Source: Callorhinchus milii
Lineage: Eukaryota
Direction of reading: 5' to 3'
DNA: 64,000 bases
Assembly (NCBI RefSeq): GCF_018977255.1
Contig: NW_024704748.1
Location: 27,466,001-27,530,000, forward strand
Shown: in pieces, positions 1 to 9,455 of the stretch
Position numbering within the stretch: the stretch's first letter is position 1
Layout of the letters: the number at the start of each line of letters is the position of its first letter
The notes under the pieces: generated by a model
What the model was told of the DNA's origin: nothing
The model's database searches: none
Seen by the model: only the letters and a program-made list of their open reading frames with translations
Translations under genes and position numbers: made by a program

Positions 1-1113
1 GTTGCTGCCACATGAAGGGCTAAAGTTCCAGGTTTTGTGTTGGAAAAATGTGGCTTATTTGTCAATGGGTCAGGAAACAACTTTGAGGCTAAATGCTGCT
101 GAGGTACTGATCTTACTGGCCCCCAAACGAGCGAGAGCAAATGAGCCTGGGTGACACCCACCACCTGTGTGTGTGTCTAAAGGGCGGATGAGGGTTAAAC
201 AGGATGTGGGTTTGACGTTGAGGCTGTGCTAATATTCACTGGTGATGCTCACCTGAGACTGAGCCAATCTTTTCCCCACTTACCTTCCTAGACATGTAAG
301 CTTCATGCTAAAACCTAATGGTGTCCCGTTTAGTGTACTCAGCCTGGGACTACAGTGCTCTAGTCTAATGTAATACTACATCACCCCGCACACTTCCCTT
401 GCTCAGAGGACTCTATTCTCTGTAACTCCATCCCAGAGTCTCTCCAACTTGCTCCCTCCCACTCCATGTTCATTATCTCTCTCGAGACCTACCTCTTTGA
501 TCTCTGGTAATCTTTCCCCTGTCCACACATTCAACTCCTTGTTCCCACCAACCCCTAACCTATACAGTAACATAGTAATGTGAATGTTGGGGAGCATTAT
601 TCACACAGCACAGTGTGGTGGCTCTCCCACCCAAGAACTCCTGTCTCATCACAATTTCTGTCCAATCTTCCCCATGCCAATAACCTGGAAACTGAAATAC
701 ATTTAATATAGTTAAACCTAAAAGAAACGTCTTGAGCCCAGACTGAATCCACATGTCCCAGACTGCAGCCCTAATGAACTGTTCTATTTTATTAATGAAC
801 CAGCTGTGGCTTGTCTCTGATGCGGGAGAGATGGATGGCTGGTGTGTAATATTAGTCTGTATTTTTAATGAAATGTTCACCTGTACTTCGGTTCCCCTTT
901 CTGCTCGGTTTGTTACAGAATAAAAACTTGTACAAAAATGTTTGCCAAATAAAAGCATAACAAAATGTGTAAAACTGGGTGTGTGGTGTTTTTTCCAGTT
1001 TGTGATGAGAGTACAGAAATCTGTGTCCAGATCACACATTAGCTGGGAGAGAGTTCCAGGCTGGACAATAGGAGGACATAAATTTTGATTATGGAAGGAG
1101 AAAATGTTTGTTT

Positions 1114-1350
1114 CATAGAATTTTACAGCACAGAAGGCTATCCGTCCCTTGCCAGCTCTTTGAAAGAGCTACCAAATAGTCCCACTTCCCACTCTTACTC
1201 CATAGCCCTGAACCTTTTTTCCTTTTGAAGTACCTATCCATTTCCCCTTTTGAAAGCCATTATCGAATCTGCTTCCACGCCCTTTGAGACAGTGCATTCC
1301 AGATCGTAACAACTCTTTGGGTAAACAAACTGCTCATCTCCCCTCTGGTT
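1114..1350 (-). mobile_element. CR1 3'-end fragment
   Basis: catagaa...tacagcacagaagg tail and ccattt..ttttgaaag...gaatctgcttccac motif shared with other CR1 ends here. Confidence 0.6.
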
Positions 1351-2363
1351 CTTTTCTAGAACAAGTTAGATTTCTGTTAAGAAATAATATCTGGGGATAC
1401 AGTATATAGTTTGGGGGGACATGACAATTCAAGCGACTGCCAGAATGGTGGAAGGCCAACTGGAAATTCTTATGCTCTTATGGCAGGGCAACAAATCCAC
1501 TTGAACCTTGGAGAACCAACAGCAGTTATTAATAATAACTATCAGTTACAGATTCTGTTTGGCAGAATGTGTGGTTCTGGAGGTTGTGACTCTAACATGA
1601 AATGAAGAGAGCAGCAATTTGTCTAAGGAAATGATAGAATGAGACCCAGGGATGGGGTTTACTGTGATGAGAGGCTGGGTAGACTTGGGTTATATCTAGG
1701 AATTCCGTGTGTAAGTGGGATGCATGGAATTCTTAGTTGGGTTTGTATACTCTAAAGCACAGTGATGGGTTTCCGCACATATCAGACACCCGACTGACTA
1801 TAAAAAAGGGATAGACTGTGAGGCAGTTGGTAAGTAAAATAGGCTTAAACATTGTGGTTTTTGGAGTAAAGTTTCTTCAATGATGAAGACAGACAGCACT
1901 ATTACTGGTTGCCTCGAGATGGCGATGTGGGTCCAACCATTGCAAGGAGTTGGACACTGATCTGTTTACCATTAAATTGGGAACCAGTTAAATTGTATTA
2001 TTGCAGGAAGTATAAACACTTGCTCTTAATTACATCAATTGCTGATTTGGTTTACATCATGTATTTATATTAGAATGGTTTACAAAATTAGAAAGACATT
2101 TGGTTCTGTTCCAAACCGAAGGGCAGACAGAGAGACAGACAGACCTGTGAAACCCTGGTTCAGAGTGTTTGACCGTGAAGACTTGATTATTGCACTTAAT
2201 AATAATAATAATCCTTGCATTTGATTTTGCGCCTTCGAGATGTCTCAAAACTCTTCATAGAATATACCGTAAAGTGAACTGACTGTATTTTGTGGGCAAA
2301 CAGCAGTGTCCCAGATGTGAGTGGGGGCCACATATCTCTCTGCCCCCCTTCCTCCCCCACCCC

Positions 2364-2716
2364 TCACCAATCCCTCTCGTGTGGCTCTCTGTACGGCAGC
2401 CCAAGGCACTGGAAAACATCCCTCTCAGTTGGGGTGGACAGGGGGAGGCCGCGGCTGATTTTGGTCGCTCCACTCCTCAGCACGTCACGGTTCAGAGAAT
2501 GTTCCGAGAGACTCATTTGTTTGGTCTTGGCCAACGCCCGCATGGAGCGGTTAAAGTGTGCCGAGCCGGTGAAGTACAGGAGGGCGCAGGCCAGCTCGCT
2601 ATGTGGCACCACAATGATGTCTAGCCGCCGGTGTCGCTGTCCCGGCAAACGGCAAACTCCCAGGTACTTCTGCTGCTTCCCACTGTCCTGCCACAACAGG
2701 TCATCAGTCAGGAAAC
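2364..2716 (-). CDS. POLL: DNA polymerase lambda, last coding exon (GFLTDDL...RRLDIIVV...[13 protein letters not shown]...YREPHERDW*)
   Basis: Pol X palm/thumb motifs including the third catalytic Asp (RLDII) and YFTGS; AG acceptor at 2717-2718; TGA at 2364-2366. The seven coding exons sum to 1716 nt = 571 aa + stop. Confidence 0.97.
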
Positions 2717-3137
2717 CTGAGACAGAATGAGACACAGGAAAGTGAGAGAGTGAAAGACAAGAGTGCAAAAGTGAGTGAGAGGGTAAAAGAGAGCGCGGAG
2801 TGTAAGAGAGAGAGCATGTGAGAGTGGGGGAGTGAGGATGCAGGAATGAGACAGTAAGAAAAGAGGAATTAGCGAGTGACAAGAGTGAAGGGAGTGAGAG
2901 AGACGAGAATAAAATAGAGAGGAAAGTGAGAGGAGCAGAGAGGGAGAGAGAAAGAATGAGGAGTAAATGAGTGAGAGTGAGGGAATTGGGGGAGTAAGAG
3001 AGTGATGAGAGTGAAAGTGAGGGAGGAGAGAATGAGGAGATTGAGTGGGGGGTGAGAGAAAGTGAGAGTGTGGAGTCAATGGTTTGGCAGGAAGGAGGCA
3101 GAGTAGGGCTGATCGCAGTAAAACTCGATGACGTTAC

Positions 3138-3306
3138 CACTCGCTCGCAGAGCACTGAGGATTTTGCTGAAGACACCGCAGTGAGACCTGCCATCGGGGT
3201 GAGTGACCAGGACGTCCACGTCCCCGCAGGTGGGCTTCCCGCGCCGGAACGAGCCGCACGCCATCGCCAGCAGCCCCTCGTTCACCCCCAGCGCCGCCTC
3301 CCGCAC
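3138..3306 (-). CDS. POLL: POLL coding exon 6 (VREAAL...[23 protein letters not shown]...ALRAS)
   Basis: Pol X signature GSFRRG..CGDVD with two catalytic Asp; cag acceptor and gtaacg donor; phase joins G|GT. Confidence 0.97.
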
Positions 3307-3450
3307 CTGTAACAGTAGTAACATCTCAATACAGGAACTAAGTGTCATAATCCTCCTGGGGGGGTGGGGGTCAGTCTGACCTGGGGCGGGAGAGACAGTG
3401 GGGATCAGGCAGGGGTGGGGAGGAAATACAAAGCTCCAGAAAGTGTGTAC

Positions 3451-3579
3451 CTGCTGCTCGATCTCGGCAGCCTCCGCCCTCGGCATCCGCTCCCGGAAAT
3501 CGTGGTAATGTTTTAGGCCGATTCTCTGCTGTTTGGTCAGACTGGCCTTTTCCTGTATGTCATCCAGGGTCCTGAACCC
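3451..3579 (-). CDS. POLL: POLL coding exon 5 ([43 protein letters not shown])
   Basis: Pol X fingers segment; ttcag/gtacac boundaries; 129 nt, phase 0-0. Confidence 0.96.
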
Positions 3580-3727
3580 CTGAAACACACACGATGGAGA
3601 GACAGAGAGCAGGGAATGGGGTTAGAGAGCTCCAGTGGGGGAGCGAGCCCCAGCACAGATACGATGGGGAGAGAGAGAGAGAGCAGGGAATGGGGTTAGA
3701 GTGGAGAGGTTCTTGTGTGTAACTCAC

Positions 3728-3901
3728 CTGTTGGTACCACATCTGGGCTGTTTTGGACCCGGCTCCCCAGATGTTGCTGAAGGTTTCCAGCACGGCGACG
3801 CTCTGGCTGATGAAGTCCAGTTGGCGCAGGTGGCCACTCTCTAGGATCTCCTGGATCTTCTCCGCCATCCGCTTGCCGATTCCTGGGATCCCACAGGCCT
3901 C
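3728..3901 (-). CDS. POLL: POLL coding exon 4 ([23 protein letters not shown]...[15 protein letters not shown])
   Basis: Two helix-hairpin-helix motifs (IPGIG, IWGAG); ggcag/gtgagt boundaries; 174 nt. Confidence 0.97.
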
Positions 3902-4012
3902 CTGCCAAGCAGAGAGAGAGGACTGAAGTGGGAATAATCCGAAGGCATCTCAGCAATTCCTGCGCTCCTAGGGGTGTTATCCTACGTGAATGCGCTTCGG
4001 AAACACAACTGA

Positions 4013-4495
4013 AGAGTCCTGTAGCTCAGCGGTTAGAGCCCTCGTCTTTCAAGTGAGAGGACCTCGAGTTCAATTCCCGGGCAGGGCGAAATGTTAGGCA
4101 AGCTTCCTTACTCCCCACACCTCTGTTTACCTAGATGTGAGTTGGAACCCTGGGGTTAATTGATTGGCATTTCGCCCACAAAATATATATTCAATCCATT
4201 TTACAATATATTCTGTGAAGTGCTTTGAGACATCTCAAAGACGTGATAAGGCGCTATACTGACTGTGTTACTTTGTGGGCAAAATGCGGCAGCCAATTGC
4301 GCACAACAATATCCCATAAACAGTCATGGATTGAATGACCACATTTATTTTGAGGGATTATTACCCCCGGAAAGTGATCCACTAATCAGTTGACAACAGG
4401 GTTCCTACTAATTGCTAGGTAAACAGAGGCGTGTGGAGTAAGGAAGTTTGCCTAAGGATTCGCTCTGCCTGGGAATCGAACCCAGGTCCTTTACA
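4013..4495. mobile_element. Two adjacent SINEs in inverted orientation (+ 4013-4259; - 4260-4495)
   Basis: tRNA-like head gtcctgtagctcagcggttagagc..gttcaattccc on plus; the reverse complement of the same head region ends at ~4495. Confidence 0.85.
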
Positions 4496-4757
4496 CCCGC
4501 GCTGTTTCATGTTACACAGAGAGTAGCAACGCAGTGTAGAGGCAGATTGTGAGCAAATTAATGATGAGCTAGTGAGCCAGGGAGACAGAGAGCGAGAGAG
4601 AGACAGTCAGAGAGAGAGAGAGAAACAGAGACACAGAGAGAATTATGTCATGTGTGTACGTGGGTGTCAGATGGTGCTTTTCCCTGTGTGTGTGTTTGCT
4701 CAGCCACTGCCTGTGCTGTGGTCAGGTTAAGGGGAGGCACAGGCAGTGTGACTGTAC

Positions 4758-5084
4758 CTGGTAGGAGGTGACAAGCTTTGGGTGGCTCTTTAGGGCATTG
4801 ATGGCCTTGGAGTAGCCCAGCGCCCGCCAGCGGTCTCCCTGCTGTGTGTACGCGTTGCCCAGCATGGCCAGCTTGTCTGTCAGCTGCTGATTGTGGTTCA
4901 GTTTCTTGCTGTCAGATGACTGGGCACAGACCCACCCACTGCTCAGGGTGGGAGAGAGGGTGGGGGAGGAGGTGGGGGCATGGCTGTGGGGGTCAGACCG
5001 GCTCTGCCCTGAGATTAGTGCTTCCAGGTCACTATCCAAGACTCTGCCCTCCTCACCGTCACTTTCATTCTCACCTTCAGAAAA
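4758..5084 (-). CDS. POLL: POLL coding exon 3 ([12 protein letters not shown]...[10 protein letters not shown]...[27 protein letters not shown])
   Basis: Ser/Pro-rich linker and start of the 8-kDa dRP-lyase domain ([10 protein letters not shown]); caacag/gtacag boundaries; 327 nt. Confidence 0.94.
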
Positions 5085-5104
5085 CTGTTGAGAAACAGAA
5101 AAGA

Positions 5105-5345
5105 GTCACAGCACCACAGCTCAGAGCCCAGAGCCCCACAGCTCAGAGCCCAGAGCTCCACAGCCCAGAGCCTCACACCCATAGCCCCACAGCTCAGAGC
5201 TCCACACCCACAGCCCCACAGCTCAAAGCCCCACAGCTCAGAGCCCACCGCCCCACAGCTCAGAGCCCCACAGCCCAGAGCCCACAGCTAAGAGCCCAGA
5301 CCCCCACAGGTCACAGGCTCACAGCCCCGCGCCTCACAGCCCCAT
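5105..5345. repeat. Degenerate short-unit repeat (cacagctcagagccc-like) in a POLL intron
   Basis: Repeated cacagc/agagccc blocks. Confidence 0.8.
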
Positions 5346-5380
5346 AGTTCATCTCATCCAGTCACAGGATGCAATTCTCG

Positions 5381-5547
5381 CTGTGTGTTACTGATCTCAG
5401 CCTCACTCTGTGTGTTACTGATCTCAGCCTCACTCTGTGTGTTACTGATCTCAGCCTCACTCTGTGTGTTACTGATCTCAGCCTCACTCTGTGTGTTACT
5501 GATCTCAGCCTCACTCTGTGTGTTACTGATCTCAGCCTCACTCTGTG
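5381..5547. repeat. 27-bp minisatellite, 6 perfect copies (ctgtgtgttactgatctcagcctcact)
   Basis: Units start at 5381, 5408, 5435, 5462, 5489 and 5516. Confidence 0.97.
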
Positions 5548-5576
5548 CTAGCCCAGATTGAGAGGAGGAGCAGCAC

Positions 5577-6025
5577 CTGTGTGGAGCCTGTGTGACCCTG
5601 GCTGGCGCCTGGTGCCGGTGTCTCTGGAGGTTGGTGTGTGAGAGGCTGCTGGTCACAGCTGGTGCTGGGCTGGCTTTGTGTGTTTTGCAGCGGGGAGGGA
5701 CCAGGTTCCGGGCCCGGAGGCTGAGGCCGTGACGGCACAGACAGGCAGTAATCGGCGGTGCTCACGGCTCTCTTCTCGGAGATACACAAGCTCAGCCAGG
5801 AGGACCTGACCAGCTGCACGCCCACGGGCACTGGCCACACCTTCAGGAGGCGTAGTGCCCGCTCACACTCCACCCCGTCATCCAGGATCACATGAGTAAC
5901 CCCGGGGGAGAGCGCAGGCCATACACTGCCCCCGTTCTGGGAGATCTGCTTCTGGAAGATTTCCATCCGTGCCTTCCCGATTCCTGCTGGGATGATGTAG
6001 GCGGTGACACCACTCAGCCAGGAGC
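5577..6025 (-). CDS. POLL: POLL coding exon 2, BRCT domain (SWLSGVTAYIIPAGIGKARMEIFQKQI...SWLSLCISEK...GSTQ)
   Basis: BRCT-like translation; cctcag acceptor at 6026-6027. The donor CAG|GTGCTG is weak but is the one that keeps frame with the next exon. Confidence 0.9.
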
Positions 6026-6190
6026 CTGAGGAACAGAGCAGCAGCACCAGTCACTCACACAGCCATCATCTATAGGGTGTCCACAAAGTCCTGTTACCCC
6101 CAATGTGTGTGTGTTTTTTTTCTACAGTGCTCAGACCAACAACTGAAACATGGGGTAGAATGTTGATAGTTGTATTTAGAAGTACTTAAT

Positions 6191-6552
6191 TAATAATAAT
6201 ACTCCTTGCATTTGATATAGCGCCTTATTATGTCTTTGAGACGTCTCAAAGCGCTTCACAGAATATACTGTAAAGTGAATTGACTGTATATTTTGGGGAT
6301 GAAACACAGCAGCCAATTACGCAGTGTCCCACAAACAATTATGGATTGAGTGACCAAATTATTATTATTTTTGAAGGGATTATTATAGAAAACGATCAGG
6401 CAATCGACTAATAACTTGGTTCCTACTTACTGCTAGGTAAACAGAGGTGTGTGGAGGAAGGAAACTTGCCCAATGTTTCACCCGGCCCGGGAATCAAATC
6501 CAGATCCTCTCGTTTGCGAGGCGAGTGCTCTAACCACTGAGCTACAGGACTT
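6191..6552 (-). mobile_element. Full-length tRNA-derived SINE of the dominant family (roughly 30 full or partial copies in the window)
   Basis: A box tagctcagtggttagagc, B box gtttgattccc, central tgtttgtgggacactgc..aattggctgc (Deu-like), L2-like tail ending aaatgcaagg(att)n. Confidence 0.9.
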
Positions 6553-6790
6553 CCAAATTGTATTTAGTACAAGTATTTAACTGTATTTAGACATCCAGAG
6601 GATCAGTGAGTGTGTGTATGTGTGTACATGTGTAAGTGAGCTTCATCATTTTCGTGGCAGATACTGATGTTCGGTGGTTGTTTGCCATGTTCAGTGCAAC
6701 ATGTGCCCTGAGGAGGAGGCGTGGAGGCAGGATATGCTGTGAGTGAGTTTGCCATTACTGTGACCAGCCTGACTGTGGGCGAGGACTTAC

Positions 6791-6905
6791 CTTTAATCTC
6801 GCCGCCCGCTTTCGCTCTCTTTACTGGCTCCGCGCTGTTTGCCGTGGGCACGGCTGGCGATCGCTTCACTTTCCGAAAGGCTTTTACGATGCCCTGTGGC
6901 TCCAT
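6791..6905 (-). CDS. POLL: POLL first coding exon (MEPQGIVKAFRKVKR...GGEIK)
   Basis: N-terminus resembles vertebrate POLL (MDPRGILKAF); AAG|GTAAGT donor; 115 nt, phase 1. An upstream acceptor at 6952-6953 implies a non-coding first exon, possibly ending at TCAG|GTCAGA near 7467. Confidence 0.93.
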
Positions 6906-7044
6906 CCCCCGCCGCTGGCAAAGCTGTCAGACCCGGTCTGGGCGTCTCTTTCTGTAAGTGTTTATATTGTCTTCATCCACCCAGCGGCCCTCCCACACCC
7001 CCCTCCCCGCTGCTTACCTCTTCCTTATTTACTGCAGAAAATGT

Positions 7045-7205
7045 ACATAAGAACATAAAAAATAGGAGCAGGAGGAGGCCATTCAGCCCCTCGAGCCTGT
7101 GCCCCGCCATTTAATAAGATCATGGCTGATCTTCTAACCTAATCCCATTTACCCGCTCTGTCCCCACATCCCGTAATCCCTTCAGGGTTCAAAAATCTAT
7201 TGATA
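7045..7205 (-). mobile_element. CR1 3'-end fragment
   Basis: acataagaacataaaaaataggagcagga...ccctcgagcctg, similar to the 19840 end. Confidence 0.8.
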
Positions 7206-7439
7206 CTTTCGCTCACAAAATACAGTCACTACACCTTACAGTACACTCTGTGAAGCGCTTTGGGACGTCTCAGTAACGTGATAGGGCGCGATATCTAATG
7301 CCAAGTATTATTATTATTATTTATTATCACTATATAAATACATTTACCTCAGATACACCACATCCACCACTGCACAATGTCTATAACGTACAGAATAACT
7401 ATATAATAATAATAATAATGTAAACAATGTACAGATTCG

Positions 7440-7691
7440 GTGCTGTGGCTCAGCGGCCGCTCTGACCTGAGCCCTGGTTTCCGGTCGCCCGCTCACACCG
7501 GAAATAGCTGCAGCACTTCCGGGCCGTGAGGGTCAGCCTCTGATAACCGGCTTGTATCTTGTTGTCAAGGTAACCAGGGGGCGGGGCTTTCAGGATGACC
7601 AGGCGGCGGGTTGTCATGGTAACCAAGGGGGCGGGGACTTTTGGTTGATTGGGGGCGGGGCTGTAACCAGGGTAACGGTAAAGATGGCGGC
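7440..7691. promoter_or_regulatory. Bidirectional POLL/DPCD CpG-rich promoter with three RFX X-boxes, GC boxes, ETS and YY1 motifs
   Basis: X-boxes at 7561-7574, 7610-7623 and 7663-7676; GGGGCGGGG three times between 7577 and 7660; ACCGGAAAT ~7496-7504 and CACTTCCGG ~7514-7522; AAGATGGCGGC (YY1) at 7681-7691 over the DPCD ATG; sits between divergent first exons. Confidence 0.85.
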
Positions 7692-7747
7692 GCTGAGCTG
7701 GAGTCAGAGACTGAGAGAAACACAGAGAAACGGATTCATTGAGACCG
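7684..7747 (+). CDS. DPCD: DPCD exon 1 (MAALSWSQRLRETQRNGFIET)
   Basis: aagATGG start; G|gtaata donor; 64 nt, phase 1, joins G|GA to give GRRKVHY. Six exons sum to 612 nt = 203 aa + stop. Confidence 0.88.
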
Positions 7748-7762
7748 GTAATATATACTAAA

Positions 7763-8203
7763 TATACACCGTCCTGTGTGTGTTCATAATGTCCTGTGTA
7801 TAACACAGTATACACCGACCTGCGTGTTCATAATGTCCTGTGTATAACATACAGTATACACTGTCCTGTGTGTTTATAATGTCCTGTGTATGACATACAG
7901 TATACACCGTACTGTATGTGTTCGTAATGTTCATTATAAACACACACAGTACGGTGTATACTGTGTTATACACAGGACATTATAAACACACACAGGACGG
8001 TGTATACTGTATGTTATACACAGGACATTATAAACACACACAGGACGGTGTATGTTCTGTGTATAATGTTCTGTGTATAACACAGTATACACCGTCCTGT
8101 GTGTGTTTATAATGTCCTGTGTATAACACAGTATACACCGTCCTGTGTGTGTTTATAATGTCCTGTGTATAACACAGTATACACCGTACTGTGTGTGTTT
8201 ATA
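7763..8203. repeat. ~46-bp minisatellite with an inverted central block
   Basis: Unit tataatgtcctgtgtataacacagtatacaccgtcctgtgtgtgtt; forward ~7763-7930, reverse ~7933-8053, forward ~8060-8203. Confidence 0.93.
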
Positions 8204-8214
8204 TCACCCTCGGA

Positions 8215-9400
8215 GAGTTTAGGGGGAGGTCGGGTCGGTGGAGGAGGTGAGAGCCGTGAGATTTTAGACGTTGATGAGAGCCTAAGAGTATGGCCTCCGT
8301 TTTGTCAACGTTCAGCTGAAGGAAATTTGCGCTCATTCAACTGCTGAGATCTGACAGGAGAACATCGGGGAACTGGGGGCGAGGGACTGGTTGATGACGT
8401 TACCCAGTAGTGGGCAGAGGAGGGGGAGCTGGGTGACCAGCAAGTTGGTGGGGAGGGGGTCGAGGCAGCAGGTGGTGGGTTTCATGGAGGTGATGGAGGG
8501 TGAGAGGGAGGAGGGAGAGATGGGGAGGAAGGAATGTAGGAAGGGGGTGGTGGTCGGAGCAGATGATGGGGAGGGTGACAGGGACAGAGAGGGCATGGTG
8601 GTGGGTGACAAGGGGCAGGTGGATGAGGCTGCCTGGTGGATGTTAAGTATTTTAGAAGAAAAGAAGTCCATGACCTCCTCACACTTGGCATTTGATACGA
8701 AGATTGAGGGCCCTGAGGGGGGGCACGGAGGAGGTAGTGGGTGGTGGAAAAAAGGATTTTTGGGTTGTGTTTAGCCTCCAAGATGATGTTGGTGTAGAAG
8801 GCCATTGTTGCACGAGTCAAAGAACGCGTTAGCTGTAGAGATGCTCGAGCCACAGTTGGCGGTGGACTGTCAGGCCAGTTTTCCACCATCTGTGCTCGAG
8901 CAGCCGGGTTTGGGTTTTTTGGCGACGGAGATTGTTCTTGTACGAAGGGGATCGGGTGGGATTGGAGATGGTCCTGGATTTCAGGGGGACGAGGGAGTTG
9001 AAGGTGGAGGAGAGGCGATCATGGAGCAGCTGGACGGCTGCTTCAGGATCTCCACGGGCAGAAGGCCAGAGGGATAGGATGTTTGATGATGAGAGGGCCC
9101 TTGTGAGGGTCTCAGGAGGCAGCCTTTTCCAAGGGCGGTAGAGGATAGTTGAGGGCTTGGTGGAGGAGAGAGGGATGTGAGAGGAGAAGGAGATGAAAAA
9201 GTGGTCCGAGATGGCCTTGTCCACTATGCTGAGGTCGGAAATGTCAAGGCCGTGGGTGATGACAAGGTTTAGGGAGGAGAGGAGGGCAGTGAAATTGGCA
9301 GAAGTGGTGCCAGGGGAGTTCAGTGGGACGGCATCAGCCCTCAGGCTCAGCCTCCCAGGTCATGGCCGAGTGGCAGTGGCTGTCCGGCCAGTGTGGTGGG
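8215..9400 (-). mobile_element. L2 LINE fragment (end of endonuclease and linker; RT core missing)
   Basis: ORFs DKAISDHF...YRPWKRLPPET and SMKPTTCCLDPLPT..NVINQSL are homologous to 59330-61190; the sequence jumps straight to the FLQLNVDKTE region. Confidence 0.85.
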
Positions 9401-9455
9401 TGTAGTTGTTGGTTTTTTAAAAAAATTAACTGTGACGTCATTTTGTGAAACGCAT

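Noticed and set aside
2717-3194. N-terminal 160 aa of the 276-aa ORF 2364-3194
   Set aside because: Ser/Leu-rich translation of a CT-rich intron and an off-frame exon; only 2364-2716 is coding.
4013-4085. tRNA gene calls at SINE heads
   Set aside because: A and B boxes are present, but the acceptor stem is not closed and each continues into the SINE body.
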